Shown: positions 45,455 to 55,288 of the stretch, one piece after another
Layout of the letters: each line of letters opens with the position of its first letter
Numbering within the stretch: position 1 is the stretch's first letter
DNA from: a virus
Lineage: Duplodnaviria; Caudoviricetes
DNA: 64,000 nt
Virus record (IMG/VR): IMGVR_UViG_3300023283_000263
Span: 13,760-77,759 of that record
Strand: one strand, 5' to 3'
The notes under the pieces: model-generated
Seen by the model: the letters and a program-made list of their open reading frames with translations, nothing else
The model's database searches: none
Told to the model about the DNA's origin: nothing
Position numbers and translations under genes: made by a program

Positions 45455-47062
45455 GTGAGCATTCTCTTCCAGCGTGCTCTGCTTCTCGCGAAGCTGGAGT
45501 CGACGTTCCGGACGGACGCGCAGCCGAACCAGACGCTCAAGAACATCGGTCCGATCGACTCGACGGCGGACGTGGACGACGGGGCCGAGGAGATCACCTT
45601 CGCCGCGCACGGGTATACGACCGGCGAGGGCCCGGTCCAGCTCGCGGTCCAGTCCGGAGCGCTTCCGACGGGGCTCGCGGAGAACACCGACTACTGGATC
45701 ATCCGGGTCGACGCGAATACGTTCCAGATCGCCGCGAGCAGGGCCGACGCGATCGCGGACACTCCGGTCCCGATCGACCTCACCGCGGCCGTGGGGACCT
45801 TCACCCTGCAGAAGGTTTCTTCGGACGCGCTGCTCGTGGTGGAGCCGGACTTCTCCCCCGACATCACGATCCTCGACCGGAACAACGTGAAGAGCGCGAT
45901 CGGAGCGGAGCCGGGGCGCACGGGCCGCAAGATCGCGTCCATCTCGTTCCAGCACGAGGTCCGGGGGTCCGGGTCCGCCGGGCAGGGGGCCGGGCAGGAC
46001 GTGCGCCCGGCGTTCGGGACTCTGCTCCGCGGCTGCGGCATGGCCGAGACGCAGTACGAGGGGCCCGCGACGATCCTCGACGACGCGCCGATCCCGATCA
46101 ACAACCCGACCGGCTCGTTCACCTTCGCGAAGACCACGGCGTACACCGAGACGCTGCCGCGGGTGGTCGTGCTGACCTGCGTCACGCCCGGCGGTTCCGG
46201 AGTCGCGGAGTTCGACGTGGATTCGCCCGCCGTCGGCGCGCCGGCGAACCCCCTCCAGGCGGCCGTCGACATCGACGCCGCGACCATGACGGACGCGACG
46301 CCCTTCGACCTCACGGTCGCCGGGACCCCGGCGCAGATCACGCCTACCGTGACGGCGAACTTCCAGGTGGGCGACACGTTCGTCGTCCACCTGGCGCCGG
46401 CCGGCTTCTTCTACACGCCCATCTCCGACGCCTTCGAGAGCCTGACGCTGGTGCTCTTCTACGAGGAGCTGCGGTTCCTCGTGACCGGCGCGCGCGGTAC
46501 CTGGACGGCGAGCGGGGAGGCGGACGCCTTCGCGTTCTTCGAGTTCACGTTCACCGGGGACTTCTTCGACCCGACCGACGCGACGCAGCCGACGGACGCG
46601 ATATTCGAGCAGACGCTCCCCGCGCAGGTCGAGCTGCAAAACGTGCGGGCGCTCGGCGGCGACGACTTCGACCCGGCGGCGCAGGACGAGTTCAACCTGT
46701 GCATCCAGTCCTTCGAGATCGACATCGCGAACCAGGTCGTGGCGAGGGAGTGCACGAACGACCCGAACAGTCTGGCCGGGGCGATCATCGTGAGCCGCAA
46801 CCCGACCGCGAGTTTCAACCCCGAGGCCACGCCCGAGGGGGAGCACCCCTTCTGGGGGCTGCTCTCCTCGGCGGACCGGATCGTTTGGGGGCTGCGGGTC
46901 GGCTCCGAGCAGGGCAACGTCGTCGACTTCCAGGCGCTGCACGCGCAGTACACGGGGATCTCGCAGGCCAACCGGAACGAGATCCGAGCCTACGACGTGA
47001 CTCTCCGACTGGCCGAGGCGTCCAGCGCCGGGAACGACGAGATCAGGATCGTTGCGGCTTAG
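45455..47062 (+). CDS. Major tail (tube) protein with inserted accessory domains
   Basis: LLAKLESTF, FGTLLRGCG, GARGTW, FTFTG; position before chaperone and tape measure. Confidence 0.75.
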   Translation: MSILFQRALLLAKLESTFRTDAQPNQTLKNIGPIDSTADVDDGAEEITFAAHGYTTGEGPVQLAVQSGALPTGLAENTDYWIIRVDANTFQIAASRADAIADTPVPIDLTAAVGTFTLQKVSSDALLVVEPDFSPDITILDRNNVKSAIGAEPGRTGRKIASISFQHEVRGSGSAGQGAGQDVRPAFGTLLRGCGMAETQYEGPATILDDAPIPINNPTGSFTFAKTTAYTETLPRVVVLTCVTPGGSGVAEFDVDSPAVGAPANPLQAAVDIDAATMTDATPFDLTVAGTPAQITPTVTANFQVGDTFVVHLAPAGFFYTPISDAFESLTLVLFYEELRFLVTGARGTWTASGEADAFAFFEFTFTGDFFDPTDATQPTDAIFEQTLPAQVELQNVRALGGDDFDPAAQDEFNLCIQSFEIDIANQVVARECTNDPNSLAGAIIVSRNPTASFNPEATPEGEHPFWGLLSSADRIVWGLRVGSEQGNVVDFQALHAQYTGISQANRNEIRAYDVTLRLAEASSAGNDEIRIVAA

Positions 47063-47174
47063 TTCGGCGCTGGGCTAGGCTCGCTCGGGCGGCGCCGCCA
47101 GGAGGAGAGGCCGCTCAAACCGTCGGTGATCGTTCGTGAGCCCCGACGTTTCGTTCAACTCAGGAGGAACCCTC

Positions 47175-47720
47175 ATGGCTCTCGTCGGAGTTACCCCCGG
47201 CGCGGTGCGGGAGTACCAGTCGAAGCTGGACCCGGCGCGCGGGACGCCCCAGGCCACCGTCTTCAAGATCGGCTCGATCCCGACCCGGGTGAAGGCCAAG
47301 CTGCGCGATCGGATGTCGCGCTTCAACGCGGACGCGATGGCGTTCGCCGGGTTCGCCGAGTCTAGCAAGGACGGCGACGGCGATTCGGTCGGGGGGCCCG
47401 GGAAGCTGGACGTCGCCTTCCAGATCCCGACCAGCGAGATCGCGATCGAGACCGTCCGCCACGGGCTCAAGGGCTGGGCCAACTACAAGGACGAGCAGGG
47501 CAACGACATCCCGTTCAAGACGCAGACCGCGATCGAGGACGGGGCGAAGTGCGCCGTCGTCCACGAGAGCTGCATCGAGAGGATGGAGCTGGAGCTGATC
47601 CTGGAGCTGGCCGAGGAGATCGACCGCGTCAACAGCGTCTCGGAGAACGAGCGGGGAAACTCCGAAGGGTCGTCCTCGCAGCCCGCCTCCTCCCAGAACG
47701 AGACTGCGCCTCCTGCCTAG
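47175..47720 (+). CDS. Tail assembly chaperone (gpG-like)
   Basis: CAGGAGG RBS; position; slippery site near the 3' end. Confidence 0.75.
   Translation: MALVGVTPGAVREYQSKLDPARGTPQATVFKIGSIPTRVKAKLRDRMSRFNADAMAFAGFAESSKDGDGDSVGGPGKLDVAFQIPTSEIAIETVRHGLKGWANYKDEQGNDIPFKTQTAIEDGAKCAVVHESCIERMELELILELAEEIDRVNSVSENERGNSEGSSSQPASSQNETAPPA
47654..47660 (+). other. -1 programmed frameshift slippery heptamer G GGA AAC
   Basis: XXXYYYZ in the chaperone frame; the -1 frame stays open to 48106. Confidence 0.75.
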
Positions 47721-48106
47721 ACCGGAGCACTCCCGCCGCGCGGCGGGCCGGCGAGCAGAAGCGCAGGCGCTGGGGGTGCGAAGACGACCTCGCGATCCCG
47801 ATGCACTTCGACGGGCGGGAGCTGCGGAGGTGTCCGCGCAGGCCTTACCTCGACGCGCCGGAGTGGTTCAACGAGGTATTCCGGGCGTACCAGTGGCTCC
47901 AGAAGGGGTACTTCCCGAGTCCGGGGACGTGGGCCGACCAGCCTGCTAAACTGATCGACCTGGTCGAGGTCATCGACCGGGCGAACGCTTCGGCCGACGC
48001 GCACGAACGCAAGGAGGCCGACGAGAAGGCGCGCCGGCAGAAGCGGGCCGCTCAGGGCGCTCGCCCGACTCGCCCCCGCCCCCGACCGTTCAAAGGGCGC
48101 CGCTAG
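47654..48106 (+). CDS. Tail assembly chaperone frameshift extension (gpT-like)
   Basis: -1 frame GKLRRVV...CPRR...YQWLQKGYFPSPGTWADQPAKLIDL, ending just before the tape measure gene. Confidence 0.7.
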   Translation, partial: GKLRRVVLAARLLPERDCASCLDRSTPAARRAGEQKRRRWGCEDDLAIPMHFDGRELRRCPRRPYLDAPEWFNEVFRAYQWLQKGYFPSPGTWADQPAKLIDLVEVIDRANASADAHERKEADEKARRQKRAAQGARPTRPRPRPFKGRR

Positions 48107-48142
48107 ACCGCGACCCCGGGGTCGCGGATCGGGGCAGATCGC

Positions 48143-51100
48143 GTGAACCGCCGAGACCTGACGTTCTTCCTCAGATTCCGCAGCGACGCGCAGCGGGCGC
48201 TTCGCGGCGTCCAGCAGGGTCTGCGCGGCGTCGGGAGAGCGGCTAGTCGCGGCGGTCGGTCTCTTCAGGGGTTCGCGCGCAGGCTCCAAGCAGCCGGCGC
48301 GTCGGCTGCCCGGCTCGGGGCCCGCCTCCGCACCGTCGGGACGTCGATCCAGGAAGCGGGGCGGACGCTGGCGGTCTTCAGCGCCGCGGCGGTCGCGGCC
48401 TTCGGGGCCGCGGCCAGAGAGTCGATCCGCTTCGAGCAAGCGTTCGTCGGCGTCCAGAAGACCACGAATCTAACCGACAAAGAAATCCGGGCTTTTTCGG
48501 AGCGGATTTCAGAACTGTCGGACACGCTTCCCGTGTCGGCGGACGAGTTGCTGAGACTGGCGCAGCTTGCCGGCCAGCTCGGAATTGAAGGCGGCGACAA
48601 TCTGGCGCGGTTCGCTGTAACCGTTGCGAAGACCGCGGAGTCGACGGATCTTGCTTCGGAGGCGGCTACTTTTGCGTTGGCTCGTCTACTTGCTCTCACC
48701 GAGGAACCGACTAGCGAGGTCAAACGCCTAGCCTCGCAGTTCGTTGCTCTCGGTAACAACGTCAAGGCGACGGAATCGCAGATCGCATCCGTTGCGCGCG
48801 AGCTTGGGGTCGCCTTAGGTCCTATCGGCCGATCGTCGACGGAAATCACTGTGCTAGCGGCATCGCTTGCCGAGATCGGCTTGCCGCCTCGCCGGACACG
48901 AACCGCGCTGCGCCAGTTTTTCACGACGATCGAAGTTGGTGCTCAGCAAGGCGGCGCCGAGCTGCAGGTCCTTTCAAGATTGGCGGATCGTACTCCCGCC
49001 GCGTTCCAGGAACTGGTACGTTTGCGCGGTCCGTTCCAAGCGTCGATAGAGGTGTTGAGGGGGTTCCGTGATGAGCTTCAGCAGTCGACGTCGCGCGCCT
49101 CGAAAGCAGAGCAGATACTTGAAGCGCTGGGTCTTAGTTCAGAGGGTGTAGCGTCGGTTCTGCCTGCTCTGGCTGATCGAGTCGGTGATCTTGAGAAGAA
49201 CCTCGCGCTGGCGAACGCTGAGCTTGAGAATGCAACGGCTCTAGACACGGAGTTTGGTCGATTCGCCTCCATTTTGCTCAGCAGACTCAAGACGGTCGGC
49301 GGTCAGTTCCAGAACACGCTGCGAATCATCGGCGACGCCTTCCGGCCCGAACTGGAGCGGCTGATCGGGCTGCTGCGCAACGCCTCCGGGGCGTTCCGGC
49401 GATTCGGTCGGGAACTCGAACGCAACGAGGGGCTCCGCGAGACGGTCGTCCAGATCGGCTTCTTCGTCGGGGTCATCGGACCCGCGGTTCTGGCGCTCGG
49501 GTCATTCGTGCGCGTCCTCGGGTTTGCTCTGCAGCCTTTCGGCTTGCTCGTCGGGCTCGCGGCGCAAGCCGCTCTCGTCATCGGGGGCCCGCTCGTCAAC
49601 GGCATTCTTCGCCTAACCGCGGCTATCCGCGCCGTCGGCATCACCGCGCTGCTCACGAACCCGATCGGCTTGGCGCTGGCGGCCGTCGTCGGCTTGACGG
49701 CCGGCATCCTCGCCTTGTCGGGCGAGTCGGTGTCGCTCGGCAACGTCCTCCGCGAGACGGGGAACGGCGTCGTCCGCGTGTTCCAGTTCCTCGGGACGAC
49801 GATCGGCTTCGTGTTTTCCGTGGCGTTCACGATCGTTCGAAACTTCGCGGCGCGCGTCGTGGCGGAGTTCTCTCGGGTCGGGAGCTTCTTGGATCGGATC
49901 TTCGCGCGCGACGTGCGCGGAGCGTTCGCGGCGCTGACAGAGCCCGTCGAGGCGCCCGGGATCTTCGACGGCGTGCTGGCGCAGGCGGAGGGGTTCGGGC
50001 GCGACCTGTCTCGGATCTTCGGGGCGCAGAGCGATCCGCTCGGAGACGCGGCGACCGCCGTCGGGAACGCGGTCGGGGTCGACCTCGGCGACGGCGTTCT
50101 CGGCGGCCTCCAGGAGAAGATCGCCGCGATCAAGGCCGCGCTCCGCCCGCTGGAGACGGAGATTCCGGAGGCGTCGTCGCCCGACGAAGCGGCCGTCGAG
50201 GAGTTCGTCGTCAAGCCGTTCCAGCGCGCCGGCGGCGAGGCCGGCAAGCAGTTCGGAGAGGCGTTCGCGACGGCGACCGACGACGTGTTCGAGCGCGTCG
50301 GGATGGGCGTGGCGGACTTGATCCTGGACACCCAGACGTCGTTCCGCGACTTCCTGCGCTCGCTCACCGAGGACATCGCTAGGAGCGGGATCCAGAACTT
50401 CGTCCGGGGGCTCGGGCAGGTCGCGACCGGCCAGGCCGCCGAAGGCGGGATCCTCCAGGCGCTCGCGACGGGGCGCGCGCCGGACCCCGGGACGGGCGAG
50501 CCCGGTACGACGCAGCCGCGGACTCCCGGCGGCCTCGGGGGCGCGCTCGGGACCATCATCGGCGCGTTCGCCGGGCAGGGCGGCGGCGAGGAACAGATGC
50601 GCCAGCAGGCGGACGTCATCGTCCAGGGGTTGAACCTTCAGACGGACCAGATCACCCAGCGCCTCGTCCAGCAGAGCGACGCCGTCGAGAGGCTCCGGCA
50701 GTCCAACGAATCAGTCTTTAGCCGCGTCGGTTCGAGCATCAGCTCCGCCGTGACGTCGCTCGGCTCGTTTTTCACGGGCGGCGGAGCAGAAGCGAACCCG
50801 ATCGCGAGCGCGCTGTCCATCGCCGCGGGCGTCGCCGGGGCCGCGAGCGGCGGGCTGGGAGGCGGTTTGAGCGGCGGAGGAGCAATCGCGGCGCCCGGCG
50901 GGGGTTTCGTAGCCGGAGGACTTTTCGGGAGCGGCGGACTCGCGGACCGACCGAAGCGTCGTGCTTTGGTCCCCGTCGAAGCGTTCGCGCGCGCTCTCCG
51001 TTTTCAGACCGGAGGAGTAGTCGGGTCGGGCTCTGACACGATCCCGGCGTTGCTCTCGCCAGGCGAGATGGTGCTGACGCCGCGCCAGCAGCGCCAAGTC

Positions 51101-51253
51101 GCGGTCGGGATGGCCGGAGCGCGAGAAGAGCGCCCGGTCCAGATCAACTTCAACATCAGCACGCCGGACGCTCAGTCGTTCCAGCGATCGCAGGATCAGA
51201 TATTCGCTCGCGCGGCCCGCGCGCTGCAGAGGGCGGACAGCCGCGATAATTGA
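48143..51253 (+). CDS. Tape measure protein (TP901-like)
   Basis: 1036 aa, Ala/Gly-rich; FEQAFVGVQKTT, LGNNVKATESQI; C-terminal IPALLSPGEMVLT. Confidence 0.9.
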   Translation: MNRRDLTFFLRFRSDAQRALRGVQQGLRGVGRAASRGGRSLQGFARRLQAAGASAARLGARLRTVGTSIQEAGRTLAVFSAAAVAAFGAAARESIRFEQAFVGVQKTTNLTDKEIRAFSERISELSDTLPVSADELLRLAQLAGQLGIEGGDNLARFAVTVAKTAESTDLASEAATFALARLLALTEEPTSEVKRLASQFVALGNNVKATESQIASVARELGVALGPIGRSSTEITVLAASLAEIGLPPRRTRTALRQFFTTIEVGAQQGGAELQVLSRLADRTPAAFQELVRLRGPFQASIEVLRGFRDELQQSTSRASKAEQILEALGLSSEGVASVLPALADRVGDLEKNLALANAELENATALDTEFGRFASILLSRLKTVGGQFQNTLRIIGDAFRPELERLIGLLRNASGAFRRFGRELERNEGLRETVVQIGFFVGVIGPAVLALGSFVRVLGFALQPFGLLVGLAAQAALVIGGPLVNGILRLTAAIRAVGITALLTNPIGLALAAVVGLTAGILALSGESVSLGNVLRETGNGVVRVFQFLGTTIGFVFSVAFTIVRNFAARVVAEFSRVGSFLDRIFARDVRGAFAALTEPVEAPGIFDGVLAQAEGFGRDLSRIFGAQSDPLGDAATAVGNAVGVDLGDGVLGGLQEKIAAIKAALRPLETEIPEASSPDEAAVEEFVVKPFQRAGGEAGKQFGEAFATATDDVFERVGMGVADLILDTQTSFRDFLRSLTEDIARSGIQNFVRGLGQVATGQAAEGGILQALATGRAPDPGTGEPGTTQPRTPGGLGGALGTIIGAFAGQGGGEEQMRQQADVIVQGLNLQTDQITQRLVQQSDAVERLRQSNESVFSRVGSSISSAVTSLGSFFTGGGAEANPIASALSIAAGVAGAASGGLGGGLSGGGAIAAPGGGFVAGGLFGSGGLADRPKRRALVPVEAFARALRFQTGGVVGSGSDTIPALLSPGEMVLTPRQQRQVAVGMAGAREERPVQINFNISTPDAQSFQRSQDQIFARAARALQRADSRDN

Positions 51254-51263
51254 GGAAGAGTGA

Positions 51264-52250
51264 ATGGCTCTCCCGAACTTCCACGAGATTCGGTTCCCCG
51301 AGAAGATCGCGTTCGGCGCGACGGGCGGCCCCGGCTGGAACACGACCGTCGTCGCGACTCTCGGCGGCTTCGAGCAGAGGAACCGGAATTGGGAGCAGGC
51401 GAGGCGGCGGTACGTCGTCGGGCACGAGATCAAGACGATCGAGGAGTACGACGAGCTGCTCGACTTCTTCCAGGCGCGCCGCGGCAAGGCGTTCGGGTTC
51501 CGCTTCCGCGACTTCACCGACATGGCGTCGGACATGCCGGGGCTGATCGCGTCCGGCATCGCGTTCGAGGACGAGCTGCCGGCGGCGGGGACCATGAGCC
51601 CCGTCGACGCGCAGAACGTCTCCGACGAGAGCCCGTTCGGAGATGGACTGGAGACGCAATTCCAGATCGTCAAGACCTACCGGGACGTCGCGTCGCCGGC
51701 GACTTTATCGTTCGACTCGGGGGACGTGACCCCGTCGACGGATCGAATCGCGCTCGCGTCGCACGGCCTCCAGACCGGGGACGGGCCGTTCACTTTCACG
51801 CCCATCCGCGCCGCCTGGGGGCTCCCCGGCGGTCTGCTCGACGACGGCACCCCGTACTGGATCATCCGGGTCGACGCGGACGCGATCCAATTCGCCGCGT
51901 CTCCGGGCGACGCTTTCAACGGGGTCCCGGTCGACTTGACCAGCTCGGGCGCGGGGGGGCCGTTCGAGGCGATCGAGGGGTTCCGGCAGACGCGCCCTAT
52001 CACGAAGCCCGTCGCCGGCGCGGTGCGCGCGTTCTTCGACGGCGTCGAGCAGGCGACGTCGACGTTCGTCGTCGATTGGTCCCGTGGTCTCGTCGCGTTC
52101 AACGTGGCCCCGGCCGCGGACGTCCGGATAACGTTCGACTACTTCTTCGACGTCCCGGTGCGGTTCGACAGCGACTCGATGGACCCGACGCTCGACGAGT
52201 TCAACGTCGTGAATTGGGAAGGGATCCAGATCGTGGAACTGCGGGAGTAG
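51264..52250 (+). CDS. DUF2460 / TIGR02217 distal-tail protein with insertion
   Basis: FHEIRFP, GGPGWNT, GFEQRNRNW, FFQARRGKAFGFRFRDFTD, FDVPVRFD. Confidence 0.9.
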   Translation: MALPNFHEIRFPEKIAFGATGGPGWNTTVVATLGGFEQRNRNWEQARRRYVVGHEIKTIEEYDELLDFFQARRGKAFGFRFRDFTDMASDMPGLIASGIAFEDELPAAGTMSPVDAQNVSDESPFGDGLETQFQIVKTYRDVASPATLSFDSGDVTPSTDRIALASHGLQTGDGPFTFTPIRAAWGLPGGLLDDGTPYWIIRVDADAIQFAASPGDAFNGVPVDLTSSGAGGPFEAIEGFRQTRPITKPVAGAVRAFFDGVEQATSTFVVDWSRGLVAFNVAPAADVRITFDYFFDVPVRFDSDSMDPTLDEFNVVNWEGIQIVELRE

Positions 52251-52253
52251 CAG

Positions 52254-53657
52254 GTGCCGAAGACGACGTCCGCGGCGCTTCGCGCGCACCTCGACCGAGA
52301 GGTCACGTCGCTCGCTACGCTCTGGCGAGTCGTCCGGCAGGTCGACGGAAAAGTGTTCGCGTTCACCGACCACGACGCGGACGTCGAATTCGGGGGGGTC
52401 GTCTACCGGGCGCGAGACGGTTTTGCTCGGACGGCGATCACGCAGACGGCGACGCTGTCGGTCGACACGATGAGCGTCGAGGGGATCCTGAGCGTCGGCG
52501 GCATCGAGGAAGCCGACTTGCGCGCCGGCCTTTTCGACTTCGCCGAGTTGTTCGTCTTCGTCGTGAATTGGGAGGACCCGGACGGGCAGGGCGCGCTCAA
52601 GTTGAAGCGCGGGAATCTCGGCGAAGTCGTGCTGAGGGGTTCAGGGACCTACGCGGCCGAGGTCCGAGGTATTCACCAGCGACTGGCGCAGCAGATCGTG
52701 GAGGTATACAGCCCGAGCTGCCGGGCCGATCTTTACGACGCGGGCTCCGGGCCCGCCGGCGGGTGCAACGTCGATCCGGCGAACTTCACGCAGACGACCG
52801 AAGTCGAATCCGCCAGCGGGAGGCGAACGATCATCCCGCCAGCGAACGCGACGGTCCGCCCCGCGGTCGCAGCGGCCGGGCAGACGGAGCACGAGCGGAT
52901 CCTGTTCGACGGGTCCGGCGTCTTCTCGCTCCTCCGCGACCTGGGGACGGGGGACGGGACGCCGAGGCGGCCGTTCCGAGTCGCGACGGCCGCGGACCTC
53001 AGCGCCGTCCGCGACGACCCGCTCGCCCACTACGCCCAGGTCGGGGACGTCGACGCGGGCGCGTTCGGGCTCTTCTCGCCGATCCTCGGGTTCGGCGGCG
53101 TCTACGACGGGCGGGGTTTCCAGATCCAGAATCTCGACCTGGACCACTCGGCGTCCCCGGTGCCCGCCGGGCTGTTCGCGAGCCCGGTCGCCGGCTATGT
53201 CCTCAGGCGCGTCGCCGTCGTCGTCGCCGCCGTGCGATCCGACGGCGCTAACTTCAAGGGCCCGCTGCTGGCCGAGGCCGCCGTCGCCGGGCTGATCGAG
53301 GACTGCTACGCGGAGGGGGGTTCCGTCACGACGGACGGAGACGAGGCCGGCGGGTTCGCGGGATCCGTCGCGAACGCTACGATCAGGCGCTGCTACGCGC
53401 AGGTCCCGCTCGTCGGGACGATCGGGGTCTCCGCCGGGGGCTTCCTCGGGGCCGCGTCGACTCTCTCGGAGACCGCGACGTTCTTCGACTCCGACGTCGC
53501 CGGCACGACCCAGAACGCCGGCGCGGCCTCGGCTGAAACGACGGCCGACATGCAGCAGCAGGCGACGTTCGACCCCGAATTCGACTTCCAGAACGACTGG
53601 AAGATCGACGAGGGCAACGACTCCCCGCGGCACCGCGACCCGGGGCGGAGCATCTGA
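52254..53657 (+). CDS. DUF2163 / TIGR02218 hub N-terminal half fused to a GLUG-like domain
   Basis: FAFTDHDADV, DLRAGLFDFA, SPSCRADLYD; then GDGTPRRPFRVATAADL ... AGGFAG GLUG-type repeats. Confidence 0.8.
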   Translation: MPKTTSAALRAHLDREVTSLATLWRVVRQVDGKVFAFTDHDADVEFGGVVYRARDGFARTAITQTATLSVDTMSVEGILSVGGIEEADLRAGLFDFAELFVFVVNWEDPDGQGALKLKRGNLGEVVLRGSGTYAAEVRGIHQRLAQQIVEVYSPSCRADLYDAGSGPAGGCNVDPANFTQTTEVESASGRRTIIPPANATVRPAVAAAGQTEHERILFDGSGVFSLLRDLGTGDGTPRRPFRVATAADLSAVRDDPLAHYAQVGDVDAGAFGLFSPILGFGGVYDGRGFQIQNLDLDHSASPVPAGLFASPVAGYVLRRVAVVVAAVRSDGANFKGPLLAEAAVAGLIEDCYAEGGSVTTDGDEAGGFAGSVANATIRRCYAQVPLVGTIGVSAGGFLGAASTLSETATFFDSDVAGTTQNAGAASAETTADMQQQATFDPEFDFQNDWKIDEGNDSPRHRDPGRSI

Positions 53658-54973
53658 TGACGGACGTCGGGGTTTTCACGACCGTCGGCGCGGGGAGCGC
53701 GGACTTCACGATCCTCCGAGACGCCCTCGTCAATCGCGGGCACTCCGTCGCCCACAGGCCGCAGGCTACGTCGACGCAGACGGAACTCGCGACGCACGAC
53801 GTCGTCGTCGCGCTGTTCAACGGGCTCGGTTCGACGACCGCCGCCGCGCTGCTCGACGACTTGATGGCGCAGGACGCCGTGCCGGTGATCGTCGGGTACT
53901 CCGAACTGGGCGGCGCGGATCCGAGGACGGACGCGCTGGCGGGGCTCTTGGGGGTCGTCGCGAACGAGCGCCGCAGCTCGTCGCAGGGGGCGGAGCAGTT
54001 CGCGCTGGGCGCGGGGGCGAGCGACCACCCCGCGACGCGCGGCTACGGAGGACAGCCGTCGGACCCGATCCGGCTCTGGGAGACGAGCAGAAACGGGAAC
54101 CGAGTCGCGACGTCGAAGACGCAGCGCGCGGGGTCCGACTTACTGGTCGACGGGGACGGGGACGTCGTCGTTTCCGCGGCGGAGGCGGGCGCGAACCGGG
54201 TCGGTTCTCGGGCGGGCGAGACGTTCCCCGTCCGCGTCGCGTACTTCGGGGCGCTGCACCCCGCCGCCGGCGGCGCCGGGCTCGGCCGCGACGGGGCTGT
54301 GATCGCCGGCGTGCTCGTCGAGTGGGCGGCCGGCGTCTACGACGGCCTCTCGTTCCCTTCGTCGGCCGAGGGCGTTCGGTTTCCGGCGATCGATTTGACC
54401 GCCGTCGGCGACCTGAACTCGTCGCAGATAAGCTGGACGCAGACGACCCCCGGCGCGACGAGCGTCGTCGTGTCCGTCTCGACGGACGGGGAGACGTTCA
54501 GCCCCGCGGCCAACGGCGGCGCGATTCCCGGGGTCTCGGGCGACTTGACCGGCGTCTTCTTGACGGTGCAGGTCGATCTGCTCGGGGACGGCGCGAACAC
54601 GCCGACGTTCGGGGGCCTCTCGATGGTGCTGACCGGGACGGCGCCGGCTCTGCGGCAGCGCGGAGGACCGCAGGACAGCCAGAATCAGGCCCCCGACGGG
54701 TGGTTCGACTTCGGGCACCTACGCTGGATCAGCGGCGCGAACGCCGGCATCAGGCAGGAGGTCAAGCGCTGGACGTCGGCGACGCGCGAGATCGTGCTTT
54801 TCCTCCCGGCGCCGTTCGCGATCAGCGCGCAGGACCAGTTCGAGATCCTCCCGGGCTGCGATAAGACTGTGGAAACTTGCCGCGATAAGTTCGCGAACGT
54901 CATAAATTTTCGCGGGGAGCCGTTCGTCCCCGGTCAGGACAAGATCGTGAGGTTCCCGGACGCCGTCGGGTAG
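53657..54973 (+). CDS. Tail protein ending in the BR0599 hub C-terminal domain
   Basis: WFDFGHLRWISGANAG ... PGCDKTVETCRDKFANVINFRGEPFVPG. Confidence 0.85.
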   Translation: MTDVGVFTTVGAGSADFTILRDALVNRGHSVAHRPQATSTQTELATHDVVVALFNGLGSTTAAALLDDLMAQDAVPVIVGYSELGGADPRTDALAGLLGVVANERRSSSQGAEQFALGAGASDHPATRGYGGQPSDPIRLWETSRNGNRVATSKTQRAGSDLLVDGDGDVVVSAAEAGANRVGSRAGETFPVRVAYFGALHPAAGGAGLGRDGAVIAGVLVEWAAGVYDGLSFPSSAEGVRFPAIDLTAVGDLNSSQISWTQTTPGATSVVVSVSTDGETFSPAANGGAIPGVSGDLTGVFLTVQVDLLGDGANTPTFGGLSMVLTGTAPALRQRGGPQDSQNQAPDGWFDFGHLRWISGANAGIRQEVKRWTSATREIVLFLPAPFAISAQDQFEILPGCDKTVETCRDKFANVINFRGEPFVPGQDKIVRFPDAVG

Positions 54974-55009
54974 CGCCGCGACCCCGGGGTCGCGGGAGGA
55001 GGTTCGATA

Positions 55010-55288
55010 ATGCGAGGCTGGGAATGCCCCGGGTGCGGGGCTTGCTACGCGCCGTTCGTAACCGAATGCCGTTGCTGCGGACCAGAGACGTGGTTCTCCA
55101 GCGACTGCGTGACCGGGGATGAGACCTTCGGTGCTCCGTCTCCGTCGCGCATCTGCGACTTGATCGGACACGATCCGGATGATTCGGTCCCCGCGACGTC
55201 GGCCGGGAAACCGTGCCGCAGGTGCTGGAGCTACGTCTCAGTTCTATCTCTGCCGCCTATTGGAAGTATCGGCAGTGCCTCCGAGTAG
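55010..55288 (+). CDS. Small Cys-rich hypothetical protein
   Basis: WECPGCG ... CRCC; GGAGGAGG RBS. Confidence 0.5.
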   Translation: MRGWECPGCGACYAPFVTECRCCGPETWFSSDCVTGDETFGAPSPSRICDLIGHDPDDSVPATSAGKPCRRCWSYVSVLSLPPIGSIGSASE

